DNA of 64,000 nt from Nitrospirota bacterium. Lineage in GTDB: Bacteria > Nitrospirota > Nitrospiria > Nitrospirales > Nitrospiraceae. This document shows, piece by piece, positions 42,901 through 51,963 of the stretch. A program made the position numbers and the translations under genes. Location: positions 128,001 through 192,000 of the forward strand of contig CAVPGK010000010.1 of the NCBI GenBank assembly GCA_963703955.1, written 5' to 3'. Under the pieces are notes generated by a model that was not told the DNA's origin, made no database searches, and saw only the letters and a program-made list of their open reading frames with translations. The first letter of the stretch is position 1; each line of letters begins with the position of its first letter.

Positions 42901-42998
42901 CCGAGGTTGGAAAGATCGAGGACACGACTTTGTTTTTTGACCGCATCGCGGATTCGATCCAGAGCTGCTTGTTCAAGTTTCTTTGCGGACGGAGGCAT
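39978..42998 (-). CDS. Roco protein: LRR - Roc GTPase - COR - TIR
   Basis: 12 LRRs, P-loop GRGGAGKTS, WDFAGQ..HATHQFFLT, COR ILNPQWV, TIR FVSYSSKD...SDYIQGVEV. Confidence 0.93.
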   Translation of the reverse strand: MPPSAKKLEQAALDRIRDAVKKQSRVLDLSNLGIEQVPASIGQLTQLTTLGLSGNRLTTLPEGLGQLTQLTALYLDDNQLTTFPEALGRLTQLTALGLDDNQLTTLPEALGQLTQLTTLSLSGNQLTTLPEALGQLTQLTALHLSGNQLTTLPDALAQLTQLRELNLDNSQLTTLPEAIGQLTRLQTLSLKSNRLASLPDALRRLTQLTTLHLNHNQLTTLPDALGRLTHLDYLDLIYNKLETLPEALGQLTQLKELHLSDNQLTTLRETLGQLTQLTTLNLSNNRLTNLPATLRQLGSLSHLFLHGNPGLRLAPEVLGPTYEQVVYEQKQPAKPKTILDYYFRQQQKSRPLNEVKLLLVGRGGAGKTSIVRALRGQPFSKGLRETKGITISRWHLPCRHAHINVNTWDFAGQVITHATHQFFLTQRSVYILVLTGREDSERTDAEYWLRLIQAFGTDRATNEPSPVIVALNKWASHPCRLDRNALNEKYPFIVDFVETDCQSGKGIARLKDTLAKTIGELPAVQEPFPSAWWAIKEQLEGIKEDYLNYSDYRTLCARFGESDESMQESLAAVLHALGVALNYADDPRLREATILNPQWVTNGVYTLLREAVRSDGTGEMHMRDVSRVFPKEKPQMRRYLVELMRRFDLAFPLTEAGDRWLVPQRLPDQQPKLNAEWRSSDVTRLRYRYAALPEGLLPRFITRTYPLSEGQPRWMTGVVLDDGSCRALVRGDPAEREVTVTVQGHPPDRRRMIGLIRTDLKRIHDDIQGLNPDEEIELEDKPGVYVKVQTLEADERNRQNSSAQTREGTVPVDTSRELNRVSAPIARDPNEWKATLFVSYSSKDARQLDELLVRLKPMVSEGLLAVWSDRCLIVGEKWDGRIREEVKAADVILFLLSAQFEASDYIQGVEVKHALEQAEAGQATLVSVILEKCNWERTPLAQYQVLPPKGKPVRDTAPQRNAWYAVAEGLRKALEAIRNSRRSKSPSAERIAQTGIPDDIKGHMVF
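42060..42887 (-). repeat. 69-bp tandem repeats, 12 copies, encoding 23-aa LRRs
   Basis: Recurrent gagctgggtgagctggccgag...gggtcgtcagttggttg on the + strand. Confidence 0.9.
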
Positions 42999-43145
42999 AG
43001 GCTTCCTCTACAGACAGGCGGCGCCCAATGTAACACACCTGTCCGAGAATATGGAGATGACTGGTGTGGCTTCATTGCCAGGCTGGGCCAGGCTGGAATA
43101 TGATCACAAGTGATCTGCAGCAACGAACCGGGGAGAGGGACCTTC

Positions 43146-44405
43146 ATGCGCAGATTCACGAAACTCCTCATCGGTCTTCTGGTGGTCGCTGGGCTGGTGT
43201 ACCTTTACTATACGGAAGTGAAGCCGACCGTCATTTTCGGGCTTCGGTCCGACTACGCTCATGCCATTCCCTATCAAAAGATCCCTGCGGGGTTGGAGAG
43301 CCTTCGCGCCGAATCGTGCGGACAGTGCCACCGGGAGATCTATGATGAATGGAAGACGAGCATTCATGCCCAGGCGTATCAAGACCCCTTCTTTCAGGCC
43401 TATTGGAAGAAGGACAAACACATCTGGGTTTGTCTCAACTGTCATACGCCACTGGAGAACCAGCAAGCCACGTTGATCAAGGACATTCCGCGCGGCCGCG
43501 TCGAGAAGGCGCATCAAGAGCCCAACCCGCAGTATGACGCGGAGTATCAGAAGGAGGGGGTGACCTGCGCGGCTTGCCACGTTCGTGATGGCGCCATTCT
43601 CGGTCCCTTCGACGACTCAGCGGCGCCCCATCCCACTCAGTTCGACCCGGCCTTCCGGACGACGCAGGTCTGTTACCGGTGCCATAACGTCATCTCGGGA
43701 CCGGTCCAGTTTTATCGGATCGGGCCGTGCGGAACCTACGCCGAATACGAAGGCAAGTTTTTCATGAAGGAGCGCGGGATGATCTGTCAGAGTTGCCACA
43801 TGCTGGAGATCACACGTCCTGTGGCAGAAGGGGGACCGATTCGGCAAGGCCGGCAGCATCACTGGCGAGGCGGGCACGATCCCGAGATGATCAAACGAGC
43901 CGTGGCCATTCAGGTCGTGGCCGACCCGTCAACTCCAAGAGCCGGAGAGAAGGTCCGGGTAGTCATGACTCTCATCAATGCCGGCGCTGGGCACAAGTTG
44001 CCGACCGGCGATCCTGATCGGCATTTCACGGTGGAGTTTGCAGTGGAGGATCAGCATCAGCAGATCCTGGAGAGCCAGACCGACACGATGGGCCGGTGGA
44101 TTCTGTGGCAACCGGCGATCGTAGAGCTCTATGACAATCGCCTGATGCCGCTGGCCAGCCGGGAGTACACCTTCACCTATCGACTACCTGAACGTCCCGA
44201 AGGGCTGCGGCTCGTTGCCAAGGTCCGGTATCATATTCAGTCGGAGCAGCAACATCAGATGTTGATCAACAAGTACGGGCTCACGGCGAATGATCCCTAC
44301 GTGTTCACCATCTATGAACGTGAAGTGCCGCTCACGGAGAACCTGGCGGCGAGTTTGAATGCAACCGATCCTCGCGTCGGTTGCGCCGCGGAGCGACATG
44401 GGTAG
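43146..44405 (+). CDS. Membrane-anchored multiheme c-type cytochrome (5 CxxCH)
   Basis: CGQCH, CLNCH, CAACH, CYRCH, CQSCH; GAGHKLPTG. Confidence 0.9.
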   Translation: MRRFTKLLIGLLVVAGLVYLYYTEVKPTVIFGLRSDYAHAIPYQKIPAGLESLRAESCGQCHREIYDEWKTSIHAQAYQDPFFQAYWKKDKHIWVCLNCHTPLENQQATLIKDIPRGRVEKAHQEPNPQYDAEYQKEGVTCAACHVRDGAILGPFDDSAAPHPTQFDPAFRTTQVCYRCHNVISGPVQFYRIGPCGTYAEYEGKFFMKERGMICQSCHMLEITRPVAEGGPIRQGRQHHWRGGHDPEMIKRAVAIQVVADPSTPRAGEKVRVVMTLINAGAGHKLPTGDPDRHFTVEFAVEDQHQQILESQTDTMGRWILWQPAIVELYDNRLMPLASREYTFTYRLPERPEGLRLVAKVRYHIQSEQQHQMLINKYGLTANDPYVFTIYEREVPLTENLAASLNATDPRVGCAAERHG

Positions 44406-44422
44406 GGTTCAATTCTTGTGGA

Positions 44423-45445
44423 TCATGGATGCGCTGAAGAAACTTGTGTGAGGCGCGTCAAGAGGTCACGCTTGAAGCTTCTATCTACCCGGAAACAATA
44501 ACGGACGCTGTAGGGGGACGAGAGAGTCTTTGAGACCTCTAAGTAGGATTTGCTGGTCGGCTCCGATTCCTTGCCCTCGAAGGCGTCATCTTTCGCGGTT
44601 GTGATTCTTGCCGGCACATTCTCGCACTCTAGCATCGAGGCGGAAGTGATCGCCGCGACGGCGAGTGCATCGAAGGGGTTGAAGCCATCGACTCCAAATT
44701 GCCTCTCCCATAATGTCAACCAGTCCCGCGCCGGACCGACCAGCCACTCTAAAGCCGGGTTCTTCGCATTCAACGTATTAAGGTCTTCACGCGTGAGCCA
44801 GATCTGCGAGGACAGTTCCCATGGCGCCAACGTCAACGGCACCCCGGCCTGAAGCACGACGTCGAATGCCTGAGGGTCAAGTTCAAAATTAAAATCACGA
44901 AACGGCTTGTGATTCCTCGTTCCGACAAGAAACTGCTGTCCGGGACGACGGCCGGCCACCGCAATCACTCGGATGATGCGGTCCCGAAGCTCGGGGTGCA
45001 TGCTAAGCACAGTGGCGACGTTGGTCAGGGGACCGAGCGCGAGAATCGTCAACGGTTCGTGGCGCAGCGCTTCGGCTAATTCCTGTACCGCCTCGGTCGT
45101 CCTTCCTAGTTCTTGCGCGCTAGACGCTCCCGGATGCACGGCCAGAGATCCTTGGGCAAATTGACGAACGATCTCTCTGGCAATCGTGACCGCCTTTTCC
45201 AACTCTGCATTGCCAAAGACGACGCTGATACCTCGAATGATGAGTTCCGGCGAGTGGAAGGCTTGGATGAGCGCAAACCCGTCATCCACTTCATGACCAC
45301 CGGGCTCTACAGAAGGGTCCGTATCGATCCAGACGACTGTGGGGGTTTGAGGGACAAGCGCCGGCTCTTCGGAACGGATCGGCAGTAGTCCGAGAATCTG
45401 CCATACGAAGACGCCAAGCACCGTGAATGACCACTTCGGGTTCAT
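44423..45445 (-). CDS. Nucleoside hydrolase (IU-NH family)
   Basis: WIDTD...DD, VFGN, LGPLTNVA, DFNFELDP, FDALA. Confidence 0.85.
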   Translation of the reverse strand: MNPKWSFTVLGVFVWQILGLLPIRSEEPALVPQTPTVVWIDTDPSVEPGGHEVDDGFALIQAFHSPELIIRGISVVFGNAELEKAVTIAREIVRQFAQGSLAVHPGASSAQELGRTTEAVQELAEALRHEPLTILALGPLTNVATVLSMHPELRDRIIRVIAVAGRRPGQQFLVGTRNHKPFRDFNFELDPQAFDVVLQAGVPLTLAPWELSSQIWLTREDLNTLNAKNPALEWLVGPARDWLTLWERQFGVDGFNPFDALAVAAITSASMLECENVPARITTAKDDAFEGKESEPTSKSYLEVSKTLSSPYSVRYCFRVDRSFKRDLLTRLTQVSSAHP

Positions 45446-45448
45446 GGT

Positions 45449-46465
45449 TTAACACAAAATCAGTCGGTGAGAGAGATCGAGAAGCCGGATCTTTTCATGA
45501 AGATCCATGTTCACGGGGACCTGCGCAACACCCAGCAGTCGGCGCATGATCTCGATGCCTGCGAAATTGCGAGCCAGCGTTCTGTCCAAAGGAACCTTTT
45601 CCTGATAGACGGCCAGGATGCGTTCGGCCAGCGCATGAGGCTGCCGCGCGAGATAGATGTGCGCCATGAAGACGCCGAGATCGAATTCCGGCGGACCAAA
45701 GAAGCAAAATTCGGGATCGATGACTTTGATGCCGAACGAAGTCTTGAGCCAACTCCCCGGAAAAAAATCACCATGGAGGAGGCAATTCCCATCCGCAAGA
45801 TACTGCTTTCCGAGTTGCTCCACCGCGCGACGGTACCGGGCGTCCGATCGCAGCCGGTCGGCTTCCGCCTGCAGACCCGGCGTCCGTGCGTCCAAATCAA
45901 GGCCATTGTCATCCTGCAAGGGAACGACAAACAGGTGCTGGTAATTCAATTCACGCATGGCGCGGTTGGTGAGATCGTACCGGCTTTCTTGGGAGCGAAA
46001 TGCGTCATGCAATTCACAGAGGTAGGCGATGAGGTCACGCAATTCATTATCTTGGAGGTGTCCATCCCGATACAGAAAGGTGCAATCCTCCGCGTCGCCC
46101 AAATCTTCCAGCATGAGGAGATGAGAAGCACGGTCCCAGCCCAGCAAACGAGGCATCTTCCGACGGATCGGCTCTGCACCGGCCACGAGCTCATAAAAGC
46201 GAGCCTCGATCACCGCACGTTCGACCGGCGCGGCGATGTCGGGATACCGTTCCACCCAGGGGCGCGCTTGTTTGAGAATAAATGTCCGGTGAGAAGTGGT
46301 GATGCGGAGGGTGCAATTCATGTTGCCCTCTCCCGCCGGGTCAGCTCGCAAAAGAGCTTCATCGGGCCTGATCCACCTCAGTTCAGTCAGGACTCGGTTC
46401 ATGGTCTCCAACTTGGTCCGATCCAACACGAAACCCGACCTGTCAGGAACCGAATGACCAGTCAT
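45449..46465 (-). CDS. 5-methylthioribose-kinase-like phosphotransferase
   Basis: GEGNMN, LKQARPW, LLHGDF..GS, VIDPEFCFFGPPEFDLG, GIEIMRRLLGVAQ. Confidence 0.78.
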   Translation of the reverse strand: MTGHSVPDRSGFVLDRTKLETMNRVLTELRWIRPDEALLRADPAGEGNMNCTLRITTSHRTFILKQARPWVERYPDIAAPVERAVIEARFYELVAGAEPIRRKMPRLLGWDRASHLLMLEDLGDAEDCTFLYRDGHLQDNELRDLIAYLCELHDAFRSQESRYDLTNRAMRELNYQHLFVVPLQDDNGLDLDARTPGLQAEADRLRSDARYRRAVEQLGKQYLADGNCLLHGDFFPGSWLKTSFGIKVIDPEFCFFGPPEFDLGVFMAHIYLARQPHALAERILAVYQEKVPLDRTLARNFAGIEIMRRLLGVAQVPVNMDLHEKIRLLDLSHRLILC

Positions 46466-46728
46466 CTGTACCGGATCTCTGTGAATTTCGGCAGTGTATC
46501 GCATGGGGCGGCGGAATCCTATGGCGGCCGGAAACTCAACTCTGGGAAGCATTCAGGGCTATATGCGACGGAAGAACTGTCTATCCTGACCTGTAACGAA
46601 ATACCATGTACCAAGACGGTCCAGCGAGGAGTCAAACCGCATGAACCACCTGAGCATCAAGATGCAGTGATCCTATCTGAGAGATTGACAGAAGAGAGGG
46701 GGGACTCCATGATACAGAGCAAACAACC

Positions 46729-47445
46729 ATGCCCACATCCGTTGAGCTGACGTCAGTCCCGCGCTCATCAAACGGCACGAAGATCGTGATTCTGGCTCTC
46801 TTCGCCGCCGCGCTTGGCGCGTTTTTCTACTTTGATCTCGGCCGCTATCTCTCTCTCGAAGCGCTGAAGTCCAACCGCGATAGCTTGCTGGTCTTTACCG
46901 AGCAGCACTACCCGGCGGCCGTGGCGCTGTACATTGGATTCTATATCGTGATGGTCAGTGTGTCTCTGCCTGGCGGGGCGATTACGACCTTAGCCGGAGG
47001 GTTTCTCTTCGGCAGCCTGCTTGGCACGTTGTACGTCAATCTCGGCGCCACCATCGGCGCGACGTTGGCGTTTCTCGCGTCACGCTATCTCTTGCGGGAT
47101 TGGGTGGAATCGAAATTCGGCCATCGACTTGGGGCGATTCAAGAGGGATTTGCGAAAAATGCCTTCAGCTATCTCTTGACGCTTCGACTGATTCCGATCT
47201 TTCCGTTCTTTCTCGTGAATCTGGTGTCGGGGCTCACACGGATGAAAACGCTTTCGTACATGGCTGCGACGTCCCTTGGCATCATTCCCGGCAGTTTCGT
47301 GTACGCCTACGCCGGACGCCAGCTCGGGACGATCAATTCGCTCAAAGAGATCGCGTCGCCCAATGTCCTCCTGGCTTTTACCCTTCTGGGTCTGCTGGCG
47401 CTGGTGCCGGTGCTCTATCGGAAGTTTTCTAACGGAACGAAGTAG
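46729..47445 (+). CDS. TVP38/TMEM64 (DedA/SNARE-associated) membrane protein
   Basis: SLPGG..TLAGGFLFG, LRLIPIFPFFLVN, GIIPG. Confidence 0.9.
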   Translation: MPTSVELTSVPRSSNGTKIVILALFAAALGAFFYFDLGRYLSLEALKSNRDSLLVFTEQHYPAAVALYIGFYIVMVSVSLPGGAITTLAGGFLFGSLLGTLYVNLGATIGATLAFLASRYLLRDWVESKFGHRLGAIQEGFAKNAFSYLLTLRLIPIFPFFLVNLVSGLTRMKTLSYMAATSLGIIPGSFVYAYAGRQLGTINSLKEIASPNVLLAFTLLGLLALVPVLYRKFSNGTK

Positions 47446-47462
47446 GCAGAGGAGATGCCACC

Positions 47463-49001
47463 ATGTCGACAGAAGCCGTGACCGTTCTCCCGAATGACGA
47501 ACACAACCGCGCGCTGGTCAACAATGTCCATCCGCCGGATTGGGTCAACCCGGAACCGAGCGGACGGTATAACATCGTCGTGATCGGGGCCGGGACAGCG
47601 GGCCTCGTGACTGCGGCAGTGGCCTCCGCATTGGGCGCCAAAGTCGCGTTGATTGAGAAGCATCTGATGGGCGGCGATTGCTTGAATGTGGGGTGTGTCC
47701 CGTCTAAAGGCGTCATTCGGGCCACGCGCGCATGGGCGGAGGTCCGCCGGGCCGATGAGTTCGGCCTGCATATTCCCGCCGGCGTGAAGTACGACTTCGC
47801 CGCTGCCATGGCGCGCATGCGGAAATTGCGAGCCCGCATCAGCCACACGGATTCGGCGCACCGTTACAAGAAATTGGGTGTGGATGTGTTCATCGGGGAA
47901 GGACGCTTCACAGGACCCCACGCGGTCGAGGTTGGGGGTAAGACGCTGAGATTCAGGAAAGCCGCCATCTGTACCGGTGCCCGTGCGGCTGCGCCATCGA
48001 TTCCTGGACTACAGGAGGCGGGTTATCTGACCAATGAGACGATCTTTACACTGACTGAACTCCCACCGCGGTTGGCGGTCATCGGGGCCGGTCCCATCGG
48101 ATGTGAAATGGCTCAAGCGTTCGCTCGATTTGGCAGTCGAGTTGGTCTCTTTGAGCAAATGAGCCACATCCTGCTCCGCGAAGATGCTGATGCCGCCGCG
48201 ATTGTCCAAGATCAAATGAGAAAGGACGGCGTTTCCTTTGTCTTTGAATCCAAGGTCACTCGTGTCGAGCGCTATGGCGGGGAGAAGGTAGTTCACTACG
48301 TGATGAATGGAGCGATGAAGGAGGTTGTGGTCGATGAGATTTTGGTCGGTGTCGGACGTGCGCCGAATATAGAGGGACTCGGGCTGGAAGAGGTTGGCGT
48401 AGAATATGACACGCGCAACGGCGTGAAGGTCAATGCTCGTCTCCAGACGAGCATTGCGCACGTCTACGCGGCCGGCGATATCTGCTTCCCGTTCAAGTTT
48501 ACGCATACGGCGGACGCGATGGCCCAGATTGTGATCCAGAACGCGCTCTTTCCGCATCCCTTTGGGCTGGGCTACGCGAGCACGGAGTCGTTGATCATTC
48601 CCTGGTGCACCTATACGGAACCGGAAATCGCGCACGTGGGTCTGTATGAGGAGGATGCAAAGGCCAAGGGGCTGGAAGTCGAGACCTTCACCTACAAGCT
48701 TGATGAGGTTGACCGGGCGATCCTGGACGGCGAGGATGAAGGCTTTGCGCGGGTGCATGTCAAGAAGGGAACCGACAAAATTCTCGGCGCAACCATCGTG
48801 GCGGCGAGCGCAGGCGACATGATCAATGAGTTCTCGGTGCTGATGAAGGCCGGCGTTGGCCTGAGCACGATTTGCAGCACCATTCATCCGTATCCGACCC
48901 AGGCAGAAGTGGTAAAAAAGGTTGCGAACGCCTGGCGGAAGACGACGTTTACAGAGGGAAAGAAAAAGATTCTGACGAAATGGTTTAGTTGGAATAGATG
49001 A
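47463..49001 (+). CDS. Pyridine nucleotide-disulfide oxidoreductase, mercuric-reductase-like
   Basis: IGAGTAG, GGDCLNVGCVPSK, GAGPIG, HPYPT; no C-terminal Cys-Cys pair. Confidence 0.88.
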   Translation: MSTEAVTVLPNDEHNRALVNNVHPPDWVNPEPSGRYNIVVIGAGTAGLVTAAVASALGAKVALIEKHLMGGDCLNVGCVPSKGVIRATRAWAEVRRADEFGLHIPAGVKYDFAAAMARMRKLRARISHTDSAHRYKKLGVDVFIGEGRFTGPHAVEVGGKTLRFRKAAICTGARAAAPSIPGLQEAGYLTNETIFTLTELPPRLAVIGAGPIGCEMAQAFARFGSRVGLFEQMSHILLREDADAAAIVQDQMRKDGVSFVFESKVTRVERYGGEKVVHYVMNGAMKEVVVDEILVGVGRAPNIEGLGLEEVGVEYDTRNGVKVNARLQTSIAHVYAAGDICFPFKFTHTADAMAQIVIQNALFPHPFGLGYASTESLIIPWCTYTEPEIAHVGLYEEDAKAKGLEVETFTYKLDEVDRAILDGEDEGFARVHVKKGTDKILGATIVAASAGDMINEFSVLMKAGVGLSTICSTIHPYPTQAEVVKKVANAWRKTTFTEGKKKILTKWFSWNR

Positions 49002-49082
49002 AAGAGGGGGCGGCTGGGCTGCACCAGTGCTCCCGGAGCACGGATTTGTTCTTGCCGGAGCAGAAGACACGACCAACCAAAG

Positions 49083-49838
49083 ATGTGCCTGAAACACCTT
49101 TCATTGCCGGTGGGAATGTTGGTTCTTGTTCTCGCCCTGCCGCGTTCTACTCATGCTCAGTCCGGCGGCGTGCTCGAGGTGGGGAAGTTTTCAGCGGCGC
49201 AGGCGGGCGATGGCCTGCCTGACGGCTGGAAGCCGTTGACCTTCAAGAAAATCGAACATCACACTCAGTACCGGTTGGTCAAAGATGAAGATGCCGTTGT
49301 CATTATGGCGGAAAGCATGGCGGCCGCATCGGGGTTGACCAAGGAGATCACGATCGATCCGAACGAATACCCGATCGTGCAGTGGCGGTGGAAGGTCGCC
49401 AATCTCATCAAGAAGAGCGATACGGCGAAGAAAGCAGGAGATGACTACGCGGCTCGGCTCTACATCACGTTTGCCTATGACCCGAAGAAAGTCGGATTCA
49501 TGGAGAAAGCCAAGTTTGAAGCGACCAGGTTGCTCTACGGGCAATATCCTCCGTTGGGCGCTATCAACTACATCTGGGCCACCAACGAGCCGAAGGGGAG
49601 GGTCGTTCCGAATCCGTACACCGATCGGGCCATGATGATTGTCGTTCAGACCGGCGCGGACGGTCTCAAGACATGGTTCACCGAAGAACGGAACCTGTAC
49701 AAGGACTATAGGCAGGCGTTTAACGAGGAGCCGCCGATGATTTCCGGGGTGGCGATCATGACCGATACCGACAATACCGGTGAGTCGGCGATAGCCTATT
49801 ATGGCGACATTGTGTTCAAGAAGGCGAGCGTGAATTGA
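49083..49838 (+). CDS. DUF3047-family exported protein
   Basis: WRWK, GDDYAARLY, NYIWA, ERN..DY..AF, IMTDTDNTG. Confidence 0.85.
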   Translation: MCLKHLSLPVGMLVLVLALPRSTHAQSGGVLEVGKFSAAQAGDGLPDGWKPLTFKKIEHHTQYRLVKDEDAVVIMAESMAAASGLTKEITIDPNEYPIVQWRWKVANLIKKSDTAKKAGDDYAARLYITFAYDPKKVGFMEKAKFEATRLLYGQYPPLGAINYIWATNEPKGRVVPNPYTDRAMMIVVQTGADGLKTWFTEERNLYKDYRQAFNEEPPMISGVAIMTDTDNTGESAIAYYGDIVFKKASVN

Positions 49839-49895
49839 AGGCGACGAATCGGAACACGATTAAGGCCAGCGGCTCCTCCTCCGATCTAAGAACGA

Positions 49896-49929
49896 TGAAG
49901 GGGCTGACCTTCGCGGGTCAGCCCCTTCA
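49896..49929. terminator. Inverted repeat between convergent genes, probable terminator
   Basis: Perfect 14-bp stem tgaaggggctgacc / ggtcagccccttca with a 6-nt loop. Confidence 0.7.
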
Positions 49930-49961
49930 CTGAAGAGGGAACGGTTGGCGACGGTCTCGAT

Positions 49962-50291
49962 CTATTGGATCGAGTTGACGTGCCAGCCTTTGGTAATTTC
50001 AGCCCTGATGGAATCACCGGGCTTTTTCTCGCCTCTGACTTTTTTCGTGTCCTTGCTGACGTAGAGGCGCATTTCCTTACCGGAGTAATCTTCGACGATG
50101 TAGATGTTGCCGTCGATTTTGTTGAGCTTCCCATCCACGGTCTGAAAGGGAGGGCCGGGCTTAGTATCGTACACTGTTCCGGGTTTTTTGGATTCGGCCA
50201 CGGATTTTTTGGAATCAGCCGCCAAGGTAACCGCAACCGAACTCAACATGAAGGCGGCTGCAAGGGCAACGACTGCCGTCATGGATTTCAT
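49962..50291 (-). CDS. Small exported protein (OB-fold-like)
   Basis: RBS aggagg, signal peptide, V.G.L.KIDG..Y.V.D..GKE.RL.V. Confidence 0.7.
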   Translation of the reverse strand: MKSMTAVVALAAAFMLSSVAVTLAADSKKSVAESKKPGTVYDTKPGPPFQTVDGKLNKIDGNIYIVEDYSGKEMRLYVSKDTKKVRGEKKPGDSIRAEITKGWHVNSIQ

Positions 50292-50487
50292 GAGAGACCT
50301 CCTTTGAGAAGAGAAAAGCATTTTCCTATGGTTCGCAAGGGCATGTGCACAGCAAGGCCCTTGCCTGGCCGCGGCTCACGACGTTTTCGCAGCAAAGTCA
50401 AAGCATTAAGGAATTCTTTGAACGATCAGATCGATAACGAAAAAGTGGGAAAGCTAAAAAACGTCATCGAACTGTGCAATTGTGCTC

Positions 50488-51273
50488 ATGATGCGTAGAC
50501 TGGTTTTTGTCATGGGGGCTATTCTGATCGCCGGATGCTCGACGGTGCCACGATCGTTTCAGCCGATCGAAGCCATCACACCCAACGAGTTTTCCTATCA
50601 GCGGTTCGATGCCACGCTCAATGCGTATGTGAAAGACGGCGTGGTCAATTATCCGGGCATCGCGCGTGATGAGCGATTTCAGCTCCACCTCTGGCAATTA
50701 GACCGGATTGATCCATTTCAGCTTCCCACTCGACGTGATCGGTTGGCGTTCTGGATCAATGCCTATAACGCGTTTGCCATCAAGGGGATCTTGGACGGCT
50801 ATTCGCCGATGACCGTGTGGGGACGATACCGCTACTTCATTGCTCGGGAGTATCACGTTGGGGGAAAGTCGATTAATCTGTACGATCTCGAACGAAAACT
50901 GCTGATCCCGGATTACCAGGAGCCTCGCATCCACTTTGCGATCGTGTGCGCCTCCAAATCCTGCCCCAAGCTTCGATCCGAAACCTACATGGCAGAGACT
51001 CTCGATCAGCAACTGGATGAGAGCGCGCGAGACTTTATCAATGATCCGACCAGAAATCGGTTCGATCGCGAAGGGAAAGTGGCCCACCTGTCGATGATCT
51101 TCAAGTGGTATGAGGAAGACTTTGCGGAGCAGGCCGGCTCGCTCGTCAAGTATGTCCGCCGGTATGTCACCGATCCGGCGTTAGCAGAGGACCTCGAGCA
51201 ACGACCCTATCAGGTCGAATTCATGGAGTATGACTGGAATCTGAACGGGATCCCCTATGCTCGTAAGAGCTGA
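50488..51273 (+). CDS. DUF547-domain lipoprotein
   Basis: LAFWINAYNA, EPRIHFAIVCASKSCP.L, LSMIFKWY..DF, YDWNLN. Confidence 0.9.
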   Translation: MMRRLVFVMGAILIAGCSTVPRSFQPIEAITPNEFSYQRFDATLNAYVKDGVVNYPGIARDERFQLHLWQLDRIDPFQLPTRRDRLAFWINAYNAFAIKGILDGYSPMTVWGRYRYFIAREYHVGGKSINLYDLERKLLIPDYQEPRIHFAIVCASKSCPKLRSETYMAETLDQQLDESARDFINDPTRNRFDREGKVAHLSMIFKWYEEDFAEQAGSLVKYVRRYVTDPALAEDLEQRPYQVEFMEYDWNLNGIPYARKS

Positions 51274-51901
51274 CGAGCGCGTATCCATTGCGCGGCTTCT
51301 GCAGTTTCTAGAGCGCGGCGAACGCCTCGCCCACGACTGCGCGCGTGCCCAGGCGGCGCTGGCGCCGGAGGCGGGAATGCGCCGCTTTCTGTTGGGGCAA
51401 GCGCGTCAAGAGTACTACCACGCTGTGGTTTTCCAGGGGGCCATTGCTTGGCTGGCTCCACGGCATGTGGGCGCCGGTCCCTTGCTCTCCCCGCTGGAAC
51501 GGTATCGCGCGTTGCTTGAGGAGGCCTTGGACGATGGAAATCTCGCCGAGACACTCCTAGCGGAGCAGATTATTCTAGAGGGACTGGGTGAAGCCATTTT
51601 GGCGCGGATCGAAGAAGGATTGGTCAAACGCCAGGCGCCTTTTGCTCGACTGCGAAGGATTCTCTTGTACCAAGAAGAAGCACATCATGACTTCGGTCGG
51701 CGGACGTTGGATCGAGCTTTCTCGGCGGGGACGGAGTCAGTCGAGGCTCTCCGTCTCCGTGCGCAAGATTATCTTGCCCTGACTGACACTATGGTGGCGG
51801 GGGTCGCTGACCTCTTCGAATCGATTGACGAGGATCCCTCCCTCTATGCGTCACGCGCGAGGCGCAATCTCCCGGATTGGGTTGTTGCGAAGCCGGCTTG
51901 A
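51257..51901 (+). CDS. Ferritin-like diiron protein
   Basis: E...QEYYH...LE...QEEAHH paired ExxH motifs. Confidence 0.7.
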   Translation: MLVRADERVSIARLLQFLERGERLAHDCARAQAALAPEAGMRRFLLGQARQEYYHAVVFQGAIAWLAPRHVGAGPLLSPLERYRALLEEALDDGNLAETLLAEQIILEGLGEAILARIEEGLVKRQAPFARLRRILLYQEEAHHDFGRRTLDRAFSAGTESVEALRLRAQDYLALTDTMVAGVADLFESIDEDPSLYASRARRNLPDWVVAKPA

Positions 51902-51963
51902 TTTGAAGGCGTAGTGTCGCAGCGAAGAATGACGACGCCAACGCCGCAGATGAATCATTATCG

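Noticed and set aside
45467..46750. Long antisense ORFs (also 59305..60342, 48009..49097, 32493..33419, 13215..14252)
   Set aside because: Shadow frames of well-supported genes in GC-rich DNA, with no motifs.
47463..49001. True mercuric reductase merA
   Set aside because: No C-terminal Cys-Cys pair, no NmerA domain and no mer operon genes nearby.
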